Below are positions 47,621-57,182 of a stretch of DNA of 64,000 bases, in pieces. The DNA is taken from NCBI GenBank assembly GCA_030530765.1, contig JAUMUH010000001.1, forward strand, positions 2,208 to 66,207. Reading direction: 5' to 3'. Every line of letters starts with the position of its first letter. Within the stretch, counting starts at the first letter, position 1. The DNA comes from Rothia sp. (in: high G+C Gram-positive bacteria) (lineage in GTDB: Bacteria > Actinomycetota > Actinomycetes > Actinomycetales > Micrococcaceae). A model generated the notes under the pieces. The model saw nothing but the letters and a program-made list of their open reading frames with translations, was not told the DNA's origin and did no database searches. A program made the position numbers and the translations under genes.

Positions 47621-49114
47621 ATGGTAAATACAATTGGTTTTGACCGTGAGAAGTACATCGAGATGCAGTCTCGACACATCCAGGAACGCCGTGAGAACAT
47701 CGGCGGCAAGCTCTACCTGGAAATGGGTGGCAAACTCTTTGACGATATGCACGCCTCCCGTGTTCTGCCGGGTTTCACCCCCGACAACAAAATCGCAATG
47801 CTTGAGCAAATTAAAGACGAGGTAGAAATCCTGGTCTGTATCAACGCCAAAGATTTGCAACGCAACAAGATCCGCGCTGACCTGGGTATCACCTACGAAG
47901 ATGACGTTCTTCGCCTGGTTGATGTCTTTAGGGGCCGCGGATTTTTAGTTGAGCACGTTGTGCTCACCCAGATGGAGGACGACAACGCTAAGGCTGTTGA
48001 GTTCAAGGAGCGCCTAGAGCGCCTGGGGCTGAAGGTTTCGCGCCACCGTGTAATCCCCGGTTACCCCACCAACACCGATTTGATTGTGAGTGAAGAGGGA
48101 CTGGGGCGCAACGAGTTTGCCCAGACCACCCGCGACCTGGTGGTTGTGACCGCACCCGGCCCCGGCTCCGGCAAGCTGGCAACCGCCCTGTCACAGGTTT
48201 ACCACGAGAACAAGAACGGTGTGAAGGCTGGCTACGCCAAGTTCGAAACCTTCCCCATCTGGAACCTGCCCTTGGAGCACCCCGTCAACCTTGCCTACGA
48301 GGCAGCAACCGTTGACCTAGACGACGCTAATGTCATCGACCACTTCCACCTGACCGCCTACGGCGAGTCCACCGTCAACTACAACCGTGACGTGGATGCC
48401 TTCCCCCTGCTCAAGGTTCTGCTTGAGAAGATGACCGGCACCACCCCCTACCAGTCACCCACTGACATGGGCGTGAACATGGCGGGTAACTGCATCACCG
48501 ATGACGCAGTCTGCCGCTATGCCTCCGAGCAGGAGATCATCCGCCGCTATTTCAAGGCACAGGTGGACGAGGCTCGTGCCGGGGCAGATTCCACCGAGTC
48601 AGACCGTGCCGCTGTGGTTATGGCCAAGGCTGGTCTGAAAGAAACCAACCGCCCCGTGGTTGAGCCTGCCCGCGCTAGGGAGGAGCAGACCGGTGCCCCG
48701 GCTGCCGCTATTGAGTTGCCCGATGGCACCATCATCACCGGCAAGACCACCGACCTGCTGGGCTGCTCCGCGGTTGCCCTGCTGAACGCTCTGAAGCACC
48801 TGGCTGGTCTGGACGACGCCGCTCACCTGCTCTCTAACGAGGCAATTGAGCCCATCCAGAGCCTCAAGACCAAGCACCTGGGCAGCGTCAACCCCCGCCT
48901 GCACACCGACGAGGTGCTGATTGCCCTCTCCACCTCAGCAGCTCACGATGAGAACGCCCGTGCCGCTCTTGAGCAGATTAAGAACCTGCGTGGCGCTGAC
49001 GTTCACACCACCACCATCCTCGGTTCTGTGGATGAGGGTGTCTTCCGTGCCCTGGGCATGCTGGTTACCTCTGACCCCAAGTTCCAGAAGAAGGCGCTCT
49101 ACCAGAAGCGCTAA
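47621..49114 (+). CDS. DUF1846 (UPF0371) family protein
   Basis: [60 protein letters not shown]. Confidence 0.92.
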   Translation: MVNTIGFDREKYIEMQSRHIQERRENIGGKLYLEMGGKLFDDMHASRVLPGFTPDNKIAMLEQIKDEVEILVCINAKDLQRNKIRADLGITYEDDVLRLVDVFRGRGFLVEHVVLTQMEDDNAKAVEFKERLERLGLKVSRHRVIPGYPTNTDLIVSEEGLGRNEFAQTTRDLVVVTAPGPGSGKLATALSQVYHENKNGVKAGYAKFETFPIWNLPLEHPVNLAYEAATVDLDDANVIDHFHLTAYGESTVNYNRDVDAFPLLKVLLEKMTGTTPYQSPTDMGVNMAGNCITDDAVCRYASEQEIIRRYFKAQVDEARAGADSTESDRAAVVMAKAGLKETNRPVVEPARAREEQTGAPAAAIELPDGTIITGKTTDLLGCSAVALLNALKHLAGLDDAAHLLSNEAIEPIQSLKTKHLGSVNPRLHTDEVLIALSTSAAHDENARAALEQIKNLRGADVHTTTILGSVDEGVFRALGMLVTSDPKFQKKALYQKR

Positions 49115-49137
49115 ACTTCAGCACCTAGGTCAAAACC

Positions 49138-49189
49138 AAGGACGTCGCCGCTCACCTTCTGCATGTGAAGGTGGGCGGCGGGCGTCCTT
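49138..49189. terminator. Bidirectional terminator hairpin closed by motif variants
   Basis: aaggacgtcgccgctcaccttc-tgcatgt-gaaggtgggcggcgggcgtcctt between convergent genes. Confidence 0.75.
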
Positions 49190-49209
49190 TCTGCCTGTTT
49201 TGGTCTGCC

Positions 49210-49593
49210 CTAACCCCGGTAGGTTGCTTCATCCACGGGTTCGCCCCAGGTGACGAACTCGCCGCGCTCGTTGAAGGGGGTGATGGCGATGTGGGTCATG
49301 GGCCCGTCTGCGGTGGCGCCGTGCCAGTGGTTGATTCCGGCTTCAAAGAAGAAGGAATCGCCGGGGTGCAGCAGGGCGGGTTCTTGGCCTTCGAGCTGGT
49401 AGATGCAGGTACCGGAGGTTACCACAATGAGTTGCCCAAGATCGTGGGTGTGCCAGTTGGTGCGTGCCTCTGCTTCAAAGGTGACGGCGAGCGACTGCAT
49501 TTCTTTGCTGGGTGCCAGCGGATGCATGTAGGCCTTGCCGGTGAAGGAACCTTCGGGGGCGGGGCTGCCGAGGGGAAAGAGGGGGTCGGTCAT
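49210..49593 (-). CDS. Cupin domain protein
   Basis: VTFE..ARTNWHTH..GQ, HWHGA, MTHIAI, VTWGEPV. Confidence 0.9.
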   Translation of the reverse strand: MTDPLFPLGSPAPEGSFTGKAYMHPLAPSKEMQSLAVTFEAEARTNWHTHDLGQLIVVTSGTCIYQLEGQEPALLHPGDSFFFEAGINHWHGATADGPMTHIAITPFNERGEFVTWGEPVDEATYRG

Positions 49594-49682
49594 GGGTACC
49601 TCCTGCGAGGGAAGAAATAAGAAGTATTTACTATGCTAATTTTACCTGCTGAATCCCGCCGTCCTGCGTGTGAGGCAAAAGT

Positions 49683-50303
49683 CTAGCCCGTGACTAGCTT
49701 TTCCTGCTTAAACTCGTGTGAGGGGGAGCAGGTCACCTGGTACTTACTATCAGCGAGTTCATCAATTTTGACCACATAGTTCTGGGTCTCAAAGAAGGGC
49801 GGGATGCCGCCGTGCTCTTCAACATTGCCCGGCCCGGCGTTATAACCTGCCAGCACGACGTCCTGCAGGCTCACCCCGTCCTTGGCGTAGGGTGCCAGGC
49901 GCTCAGAAAGGTAGGCAAGGTAGCGGCCCTGGGCAGCAATGGAGGCGGCAGGGTCTGAGATGTCGCCCTGCCCCCAAATTTCCCAGGTGTCATCGGTGAA
50001 CTGCGCCAGCCCCTTTGCCCCCGCGTGTGACTCTGCCGAGTTAACCCAGTGGGACTCGGTTTCAAGCTGCGCCGCCAGCACACCCGGGCGCATACCTGCC
50101 ACCTTGGCAGCCGCTTCAATGTCATCACGCAGCTCAGTGGGGGCAAAGGTGAGATCTGTTTGCCCACAATAGTCCTGGTAGGTTGCAGAAAGCCCGGTGA
50201 CCCCGGCGGTCATGAGCACCGCAGAACCCACTACCTGCCAGTGCGCCAGAAGGGCGGCACCGGCGCGCAGCAGGGGGTTTCGCTGGTCAGATTCAGAAGT
50301 CAT
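49683..50303 (-). CDS. Lytic transglycosylase (SLT domain) with an N-terminal anchor or signal
   Basis: AAQLETES, SHAGAKGLAQF, LAGYNAGPG, GGIPPFFETQNYV. Confidence 0.9.
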   Translation of the reverse strand: MTSESDQRNPLLRAGAALLAHWQVVGSAVLMTAGVTGLSATYQDYCGQTDLTFAPTELRDDIEAAAKVAGMRPGVLAAQLETESHWVNSAESHAGAKGLAQFTDDTWEIWGQGDISDPAASIAAQGRYLAYLSERLAPYAKDGVSLQDVVLAGYNAGPGNVEEHGGIPPFFETQNYVVKIDELADSKYQVTCSPSHEFKQEKLVTG

Positions 50304-50431
50304 TGGTTAATAGACTACTTGACCGTTGTGGTAAACGCAGAGAGGGGTAATGAAGCTTACCCTCGGGCGCTTGTGCCGGAAAAGGTGCTTTTGGTGCATA
50401 TTTCGTGCACAGGGCAGGGCGGTGGTGCGGG

Positions 50432-53314
50432 CTAGTTGCTGATCTTAATCAGCCCGCGTGCCCCGCGTTCGGCGGCGGCAAAGTTGTGGTTGACGAAGGT
50501 GTAGGTGCCTGCTTCGGTGAAGGTCATTTCAACGAAGCCGCCCTGGGCGGGGGCTAGGTCGAGCGCCTGGGCGGCCCCGCCGTCCTTACCTAGCCCGTCA
50601 ACACCGTTTTCAAGCAGGTAGCCGCCCTCCTTGTAGACGGTGTCGAACTGCCCGCCCACCACGTGAAAACTGGTTCCCTCGCTGGGCCCGGCTGCCAGCA
50701 CCCAGATGCGCACCCGCTCGCCGGTCTTGGCGGTCAGCGGCTGGGTGACGTACTGGGTGGCGTGCCCATTGAAGAGGGTGAGGCTGGGGGTGCCTGCGGC
50801 AATGGCTTCGGGTGAGACGTCCGTTAAGATGTCTCCATTTTCATTGTTAGTTACCTGGGTCAGGTAGACGTCATTTTGCACCAGCAGGTATTCGCGGTCA
50901 ACCTGCGGTAAGGACGGCGGGTCAATGACCACCGCGCCAAACATGCCGGCTGCCAGGTGGGTGCTCATGGGCGCTGTGGAGCAGTGGTAGAGCCAGATAC
51001 CGCTAGAAACCGCCTCAAACCGGTAGACCAGGGACTCGCCGGGCGCGATAGTGCGCATGACCTCATCGGGTGAGACGGTACCTGCGTGGAAGTCTACCGA
51101 GTGCCCCATGAAGCCATTGTTGACCAGGGTAATTTCAAAGATGTCACCTACCTTGCCGTGCAGGGTGGGGCCCATGTAGTTGTCGCCGAAGGTCCAGGCG
51201 TTGAGGGTAACGCCGGGGGCGATATTGCGCTCTAGCTCCTGCACCTCTAGGGTCTTACGGTGGACGGTCACCCCGTTTTCAACCTCACCTGCTTCAACAG
51301 GTTCAAGTATGGCAGAGCGCGCCTCAAAACCCTCGGGTAGGTCACCCTTCAGGTCTATGGAGGCAGGCGCTAGGGCTGCGCTGCCAGCTGCCGCGGCGGC
51401 GTCCTGCCCGCTAGATGAGCTGTGCCCGGCGTGGCTGTTTTCCAGAGTGCCGGTGGTGGTGACGCTAAAGACCATGCCCATAGCCCGATGCCCCACCACA
51501 GAGCACCAGCCGTCAAGGTTACCGGTGATGACGCCGACCTCCACGGTCTTGGTGGCGCCCGGGTCGATTCTGCCGGTGGAGGTGCCGTTAGCGAAGGTTA
51601 GGTCGTGTACGTTCTGGGGGTCTTTGTTAGTCACCTCAATAACCAGGCGGTTGCCCAGCGGCACTTCAACGGTGTCGGGGGTAAAGCGCATATCGCTGGT
51701 TGCTTCAACCGAGATAGTGGTGGTTTGCCCTGTGCCCCCTGCGGTGGCGCTGCGGTTAAAGCTCAACCCCAAGGACGCCGGGTCAGCAGCAATGCCGCCG
51801 GTAACAGCCAGCAGCACCGCCAGCGCCCCCACCAGGGTGTTGCGCAGATGGGCGGGACGAGCCGGGGTGAGAGTCTGCGGGTCTGGGGTAGGAGCCTCGC
51901 CGCGGGCCCGCGCCTGAATCATTTCTTTACGCACCTGCACCGACCTCTTCACCCCGCGCAGCATCAGCGGCACAAAAGCAAAGAGGGTAAAAGCACCCAG
52001 CAAAGACACCAGCGTGCGCACCATAGACTCGGTAACGCTTGGTGGCAGGGCAAAAATTGCCAGGCACAGGTTAGCAATGGTGACGCGCCCGGCGGCAAAA
52101 CGGTTGAACTCCTCATTGGCAGAACGCACCGCCTTAGGGCCACCACCCATACGGGCAGGCAGCAGGTAACTCATAGCACCCAGCAGCATCTGCACCAAGA
52201 AACCCACCACCAAAACCGGGGTGAGCGGCCGCAGATTCAGCTCATCAAAAGGCACCGTAAAGACTAGATAGGCGGTTGCCAGCACCCCAAGAATCAGCCA
52301 GGAAAAACCGGCAGCCACCGACATGGGTGCAAACTCTGTGGGTTTCTTCTGGGAGCAGGTGCGCACCAGCAGCACCGCAACCAGCAGCAACCCGGCAGTG
52401 TAGATGAGCAAGCCCGCACCCGCCAGCAGGTTCACACCCAGCAGTGCTCCTGCCAGTGTTACCGCTAGACCCGTGCACATGACGGTGAGCGCTCGCAGAG
52501 AATCCTGCACGGCGCTAGCGATCATCTTGGTGCGCAGCATAGTGGGCCAGAGTGTCATGAGCGTGCCAACCACGGTCAGCCCCACAAAGCCCAGAACATT
52601 GACCGTCTCGTGGGCTAGCAGTAGCCGCCCCTGCCAGCTGGCACTGGTGCCGTCGTGCGCCAAAATAGCGCCGAAGGTGGCACCCAGCGGTAGCAGCCAG
52701 GCGGCAGCGATGTAGTACTTGACCGTTGCACTAAAGCGGACAGGTAGCGCCTGGCGCAGCTGGGCCAGCAGGGCAAGGCCGTGCCAGGCAACTACGCCAC
52801 CTACACCAATGGAGCCGATGAGGGTGAGCGGGTAGAGGTGAAAAACCACGCCCACCATGAGCACAAGCATGGAGGCATTCAGGCTGTAAATACGTGCCAG
52901 CTGCACCGGGCGGGCGGTATCAGGCAGCCGGTTTTTCAGCAGCGCCTCGGTGAAGTGCTGGCCCCACACCAAAATGGAGTTGGTAATCAGCCCCAGGGTC
53001 ACCATATGAACCATGAGCCAAATGGAGTTAGGTATCCAGCGGTGGGTCATTAGTACCGCAAAGAGGGCAAAAATCCAGAGACTCACCGGCTTGGAGGCCT
53101 TACGGTGCCAGGTTGCCCTGCCGCTGGCGAGATCTCTAGCCTGCTTGCCACTGATGGGGGAGCCAGGCGCATCCACCGGCCTCTGACCCAGTGTTAGGGT
53201 TTCACGGCGTCCCTGGCCCAGACCAAAGTTGCCACCGGCGGCCTTGAGGTGCGCCCCTCCGTCCTGGGGTTTTCTTGGGTTTGATACGCCTGCGTTGTCT
53301 GCTTGCCCGGTCAT
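50432..53314 (-). CDS. nirK: Fusion: polytopic membrane domain + cupredoxin + copper-containing nitrite reductase
   Basis: HSVDFH, YHCSTAPMSTHLAAGM, SFHVVG and FVNH give the T1/T2 Cu ligands and catalytic Asp/His; extra T1 site HDL...WCSVVGHRAMGM; about 13 hydrophobic segments N-terminally; ATG 53314 after GGAG. Confidence 0.8.
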   Translation of the reverse strand: MTGQADNAGVSNPRKPQDGGAHLKAAGGNFGLGQGRRETLTLGQRPVDAPGSPISGKQARDLASGRATWHRKASKPVSLWIFALFAVLMTHRWIPNSIWLMVHMVTLGLITNSILVWGQHFTEALLKNRLPDTARPVQLARIYSLNASMLVLMVGVVFHLYPLTLIGSIGVGGVVAWHGLALLAQLRQALPVRFSATVKYYIAAAWLLPLGATFGAILAHDGTSASWQGRLLLAHETVNVLGFVGLTVVGTLMTLWPTMLRTKMIASAVQDSLRALTVMCTGLAVTLAGALLGVNLLAGAGLLIYTAGLLLVAVLLVRTCSQKKPTEFAPMSVAAGFSWLILGVLATAYLVFTVPFDELNLRPLTPVLVVGFLVQMLLGAMSYLLPARMGGGPKAVRSANEEFNRFAAGRVTIANLCLAIFALPPSVTESMVRTLVSLLGAFTLFAFVPLMLRGVKRSVQVRKEMIQARARGEAPTPDPQTLTPARPAHLRNTLVGALAVLLAVTGGIAADPASLGLSFNRSATAGGTGQTTTISVEATSDMRFTPDTVEVPLGNRLVIEVTNKDPQNVHDLTFANGTSTGRIDPGATKTVEVGVITGNLDGWCSVVGHRAMGMVFSVTTTGTLENSHAGHSSSSGQDAAAAAGSAALAPASIDLKGDLPEGFEARSAILEPVEAGEVENGVTVHRKTLEVQELERNIAPGVTLNAWTFGDNYMGPTLHGKVGDIFEITLVNNGFMGHSVDFHAGTVSPDEVMRTIAPGESLVYRFEAVSSGIWLYHCSTAPMSTHLAAGMFGAVVIDPPSLPQVDREYLLVQNDVYLTQVTNNENGDILTDVSPEAIAAGTPSLTLFNGHATQYVTQPLTAKTGERVRIWVLAAGPSEGTSFHVVGGQFDTVYKEGGYLLENGVDGLGKDGGAAQALDLAPAQGGFVEMTFTEAGTYTFVNHNFAAAERGARGLIKISN

Positions 53315-53326
53315 TACCACTCCAAA

Positions 53327-53352
53327 AATCAGTATGTGCTATACCGATTATA
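53327..53352 (-). promoter_or_regulatory. nirK promoter: TATAAT -10 overlapped by a 23-bp inverted repeat
   Basis: aatcagtat-gtgct-ataccgatt (53327-53349, one mismatch); TATAAT on the minus strand at 53347-53352. Confidence 0.6.
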
Positions 53353-53428
53353 CGTGCTGGCTTACCTGGCCTCACTTCTCACCCCGCCGTCCTGCCCGGT
53401 GGCCCAAGTCGCGAGTAGAGTTAAGCCC

Positions 53429-53926
53429 ATGATTATTACCGTGACTATCATTGCTGCCCTATTAATCGGCCTTGGCTGTTTTGGCATTATTTACCCGGTG
53501 TTCCCCGGCTCCTTTGCGGTGCTCGGTGGTATTGCCCTGTGGGGGCTGGTCGTGCGCAGCCCCGAGGGTTGGTGGGCGCTGGGTCTTGGCGGGGTGCTAG
53601 TTATTGCTGGTATGTTGGCTCAGGCCGTGCTGACCGGGCGCACTATGAAGAAGCGGCAGATCCCTAACCGGTCAATTCTGTGGGGCGCCCTGGGCGCGGT
53701 CATTGGCATGTTTGTGATCCCGGTGGTGGGGCTCTTTATAGGGTTTGGTGTGGCGCTACTGGCTAGTGAGGCGTTCCGCAGCCGTGGGGATTACGGTGCT
53801 GCCCTGGCTAACACCGGTGCCGCCCTCAAGTCAATGGGGGTGGGCATGGTGGTGGAGTTCGCCTGTGCCCTGGCGGCAGGTACCGTCTTTACCATTGCGG
53901 TGTTGACCTACTTTTTCACCCTCTAA
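53429..53926 (+). CDS. DUF456 family membrane protein
   Basis: GIIYPVFPG, GAVIGMFVIPVVGLFIGF; TAGAGT -10 lies 7 nt before ATG 53429. Confidence 0.82.
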   Translation: MIITVTIIAALLIGLGCFGIIYPVFPGSFAVLGGIALWGLVVRSPEGWWALGLGGVLVIAGMLAQAVLTGRTMKKRQIPNRSILWGALGAVIGMFVIPVVGLFIGFGVALLASEAFRSRGDYGAALANTGAALKSMGVGMVVEFACALAAGTVFTIAVLTYFFTL

Positions 53927-53972
53927 GGCTGTAGCTTTAGAAGCCTCACATCACCCGGTAGAGTGGTGAGTC

Positions 53973-54425
53973 ATGAAATCATTGCCAGCTTCTCTCTTGC
54001 TCGCTACCACCGCCATTGTGCAGGCACTAGCGCTTTTTCGGTACACCAATGATGCTATGGCTTTTTCTGGTCAGGTTTTCTTCCCGGTGTTGTTTGCTCT
54101 GATGGCGGTGTATATTTCGTGGCGCACGGTTGAGGGTAGCCGCTACCCCCTGGGCCACATTGTGATTCTGGCTTTTGCTGTGGTGTTGCTGGCTGCCACG
54201 GTGGTGGGTATGACCGCCAGCCTCTACTACTTTTACCCGTCTGTCTATGTCTACTATCTGGCTCTTGGATTACTGGTGCTAGAGTTAGCCTTGCGGATTG
54301 CGGCCCTGCCAAAGAAAGAGAAGAAGCAGGGTAGCACGCGCCGTCAGAAGCGGCGGCGTGGCAGTCACCTGGTGGCGGTGAAGAAGGACGGCGCGGGTAG
54401 CGGTTCTGCGTCTGCAGGTGAGTAA
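53973..54425 (+). CDS. Hypothetical 4-TM membrane protein with a basic tail
   Basis: Four hydrophobic segments, K/R-rich C-terminus, overlaps the next start codon. Confidence 0.7.
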   Translation: MKSLPASLLLATTAIVQALALFRYTNDAMAFSGQVFFPVLFALMAVYISWRTVEGSRYPLGHIVILAFAVVLLAATVVGMTASLYYFYPSVYVYYLALGLLVLELALRIAALPKKEKKQGSTRRQKRRRGSHLVAVKKDGAGSGSASAGE

Positions 54426-55716
54426 GCGCGTGGCTACTTTTACTGTAAATCAGCCGCTGCGTGGGCGGCACTGGGTTTTCTTGGTGCTGGCGGTGTGCTG
54501 GTTTATCTATATAGCCCGCGACCATTTTCACACGTCGATGGTGGTTTTTGGGCAGGATTTTGAGGTTTACCGTAGTGGCGCAGGTGTAGTTTTTGGCGAC
54601 CTGCACCCTGGCAAGGGTCTCTATGATTATCACCTAGAAAACGGTCAGCCGTTTACTCTGCCCTTCACCTACCCGCCTTTTGCCGTGATGGTTTTTGCTC
54701 CTTTCGCTGTTCTTCCGCTGTGGGCAGGTACCGGGGCAATGACTGTCTTGGCGCTGGTGGCTGCCCTTTGGGTGGGGGTTTTGGTGCTCAACTATGCGCG
54801 TGCTCGTGGCATGAGGGTGCCGGGGGAGGCCTTTTTAGGTAGCTACACTCTTGTGGTGCTGCTGGCTACCCTGATAACTATTGCTGCTCCCTGGGACCGG
54901 GGGATTGAGCTGGGGCAGATTAACCCGCTCATTTTTCTGCTGGTGATGATTGACCTCTTGCGCCCGGCGACCAGGGTGCCCCGGGGTGTGCTCATCGGTA
55001 TTGCAGGTGGCATTAAGCTGACCCCGCTTGCCTTTGGTCTTATTCTGCTGATGCGTAAGGACATCAAAGGCGTTGTGACCTTGGGTGCCACCTTTGCGGC
55101 AACGGTTGCTGCCGGTTTTCTTTTCATGCGCCAGGAGTTTTACGATTTCTGGTTTTTTGCCGTATCTGACCCTTCTCGGGTGGGCAATATAGGTTATGTC
55201 GATAATATTTCGGTGCAGGGCACTCTCCTGCACTTGGGGCTAGAAGCTGGTACTGCCCTGTCAGTTGCCCGCTATGCTGTAATTGCCCTGCTCTTTGTGG
55301 GTACTGCCGCCGCCATCCCTGCCTTGTACCGCCGGGGCATGGTTTTTTCAGAGATTTCTCTTAACGCTTTTTTGATGCTTGCGATCTCCCCAATTTCGTG
55401 GTCCCACCACTTTATCTGGTTGCCGGTTTTCTTGGCGGCGCTTGTGTTTGATGCTTTCCCGGTGTTCTTTGCTAGGTGCTCGCGCCCGGTGCTGTGGGGT
55501 GCTGCTGGGCTGGCGCTGGTGGGGGTTGCCGGGCTCGTTTACGGGCCCATGAAGTTGGCTATTAAACTTGATCCGCACACCCATAACCTTGATGAGCTCA
55601 GCAGCTCAGCCCTGCTAGTTTCAGCCCTGCCTATGGTTGCCTTAACTATGCTGGTGCTGATGTGGCTGGTTGCCATCTGGCGCTACCGCGAGGTTGCTCC
55701 TTTGCAGGGCCGGTAG
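54418..55716 (+). CDS. GT87 family (GT-C) glycosyltransferase, mannosyltransferase-like
   Basis: DFEVYR, LPFTYPPFA, LGQIN, GIKLTP, SPISWSHH. Confidence 0.9.
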   Translation: MSKRVATFTVNQPLRGRHWVFLVLAVCWFIYIARDHFHTSMVVFGQDFEVYRSGAGVVFGDLHPGKGLYDYHLENGQPFTLPFTYPPFAVMVFAPFAVLPLWAGTGAMTVLALVAALWVGVLVLNYARARGMRVPGEAFLGSYTLVVLLATLITIAAPWDRGIELGQINPLIFLLVMIDLLRPATRVPRGVLIGIAGGIKLTPLAFGLILLMRKDIKGVVTLGATFAATVAAGFLFMRQEFYDFWFFAVSDPSRVGNIGYVDNISVQGTLLHLGLEAGTALSVARYAVIALLFVGTAAAIPALYRRGMVFSEISLNAFLMLAISPISWSHHFIWLPVFLAALVFDAFPVFFARCSRPVLWGAAGLALVGVAGLVYGPMKLAIKLDPHTHNLDELSSSALLVSALPMVALTMLVLMWLVAIWRYREVAPLQGR

Positions 55717-55730
55717 GTAACACAATAGCA

Positions 55731-55782
55731 AGGACGCCGCACCTTCTGTGCCTGCTGCCGGGCAGGTGGGGTGCGGCGTCCT
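55731..55782. terminator. Hairpin between convergent genes, closed by an inverted motif pair
   Basis: aggacgccgcacc...ggtgcggcgtcct, perfect 13-bp outer arms. Confidence 0.75.
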
Positions 55783-55801
55783 AATGTATCGGTGTGCTGT
55801 T

Positions 55802-57079
55802 TTACTTGGCGGTCAGCTGCCAATCACCGTTGTAGGGCTGTACCGACACATACTGGGTGTCTGCTGGTATCTCGAAGTTGCCTTTGAACTTAGACTGCTC
55901 AGTGCGCATCAGCGCGGACTTATCATCCTTGGAGCTGGCGTAAACGGTGAGGTCCGCACCGAATTTGTCCTTGGCGGTGAAGGTTGCGTCAACGGTGATG
56001 GCATCCTTGCCCTCTACTCGGAAGGCGGTGTTGCTGTCACCTTTGAGAGTATCCCCGCTCTTAAACAGAGGGGCGGAGTCAGCGCTGCGCAGGGTTATGG
56101 TCCAATCACCTTCTGCTTCTATTTCAAGAGCAACCGTGCGTTCTTCTGGCTCGAAAAGGTAAGTATCTAGCCAGTAGGAGCCACTTAACTCTTGACCGAA
56201 TTCAAATTCGGAGATGCTCAGGTTGGCCATCGCCTCGGCATCGAGAGATTTGATATAGAAACTGGAGAAGTCGTCCTCGCCGGTGAAGCTGTATTCAAGC
56301 CAGACGATACTGTCTTTCCCACCGGGCTTTTCAATGTCAATGACCTGATCGCCAGAGCCGCTGTAAACCGGGGCATCAGCTGTGCCACCGGTGGTGTATT
56401 CGCTGCTCTTGGGCGCATCTAGGGCATCACTGCTACTAGAGGAACTACGGCTACTACTGCTGGTAGAGCTAGAGCTATCAGAAAATGCGCCGCGCAGCAC
56501 AAAGGCGAGGGCGAGAATCAGGATGAGCAGAAGCGCCAGAATACCGCCGATGATGCCAAAGATTAGTTTCTTGTTGCTCTTGGGGGCTGGGGCGGTGCCC
56601 GGGCTGTAGTTGGCTGCCGGGTAATAGTTGGGGCTGCCTGCGTAGTTACCTTCAAATCCGTTGGTGGTAGACGGTGTTGCTAGGGGTGCCAGCGGGACGG
56701 TGGGGGCAGCTTCGTAGGGGTTAGCTGCCGGGGTCAGGGGGACGGTGGGTGGCACCGGGTTTTCGCCGCCTGGAAGCTGGGTCTGGGGCGGGGTGCTTTC
56801 TGCCGGAGCATCACCTGCCGGGGTGCCTATAGGGGAGTCGCCCTCTGGGGTGCCCTCTGCCGCAGTGCTGTCTGTAGAGGTGCTTTTTGCGGGGGTAGTT
56901 GAGTCTGCCTGCTCAGCCTGGCTGGGCTGGTCGGTATTGGCTTGGTCATCTTCAACCCAGAAATTCCAGCCTGCGGGGGCAGGGCCCCAGGCGGGGTCAG
57001 GCTGCCAGCCGGGCGCGGGGCGCCAATCAGGGCTAGGAGGGGTGGGCCAGTTAGGGGGTACGTTAAATTTCAGTGCCAC
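55802..57079 (-). CDS. Single-pass membrane protein: Pro/Trp-rich N-terminal motif, Pro-rich linker, acidic extracellular domain
   Basis: FNVPPNWP..P..W.P..GWQPDPAWGPAPAGWNFW; one TM helix, then a Ser-rich spacer. Confidence 0.8.
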   Translation of the reverse strand: MALKFNVPPNWPTPPSPDWRPAPGWQPDPAWGPAPAGWNFWVEDDQANTDQPSQAEQADSTTPAKSTSTDSTAAEGTPEGDSPIGTPAGDAPAESTPPQTQLPGGENPVPPTVPLTPAANPYEAAPTVPLAPLATPSTTNGFEGNYAGSPNYYPAANYSPGTAPAPKSNKKLIFGIIGGILALLLILILALAFVLRGAFSDSSSSTSSSSRSSSSSSDALDAPKSSEYTTGGTADAPVYSGSGDQVIDIEKPGGKDSIVWLEYSFTGEDDFSSFYIKSLDAEAMANLSISEFEFGQELSGSYWLDTYLFEPEERTVALEIEAEGDWTITLRSADSAPLFKSGDTLKGDSNTAFRVEGKDAITVDATFTAKDKFGADLTVYASSKDDKSALMRTEQSKFKGNFEIPADTQYVSVQPYNGDWQLTAK

Positions 57080-57182
57080 AGTGTGCCTTTCAGTGTGTTT
57101 ATATCTAGCCTACCCCCGATTTTTGGCGCTTGCGCCTGCTTTCTGCTCTGTGACGGTGAGTTTCTTGACTAGAGTTAAGGGC

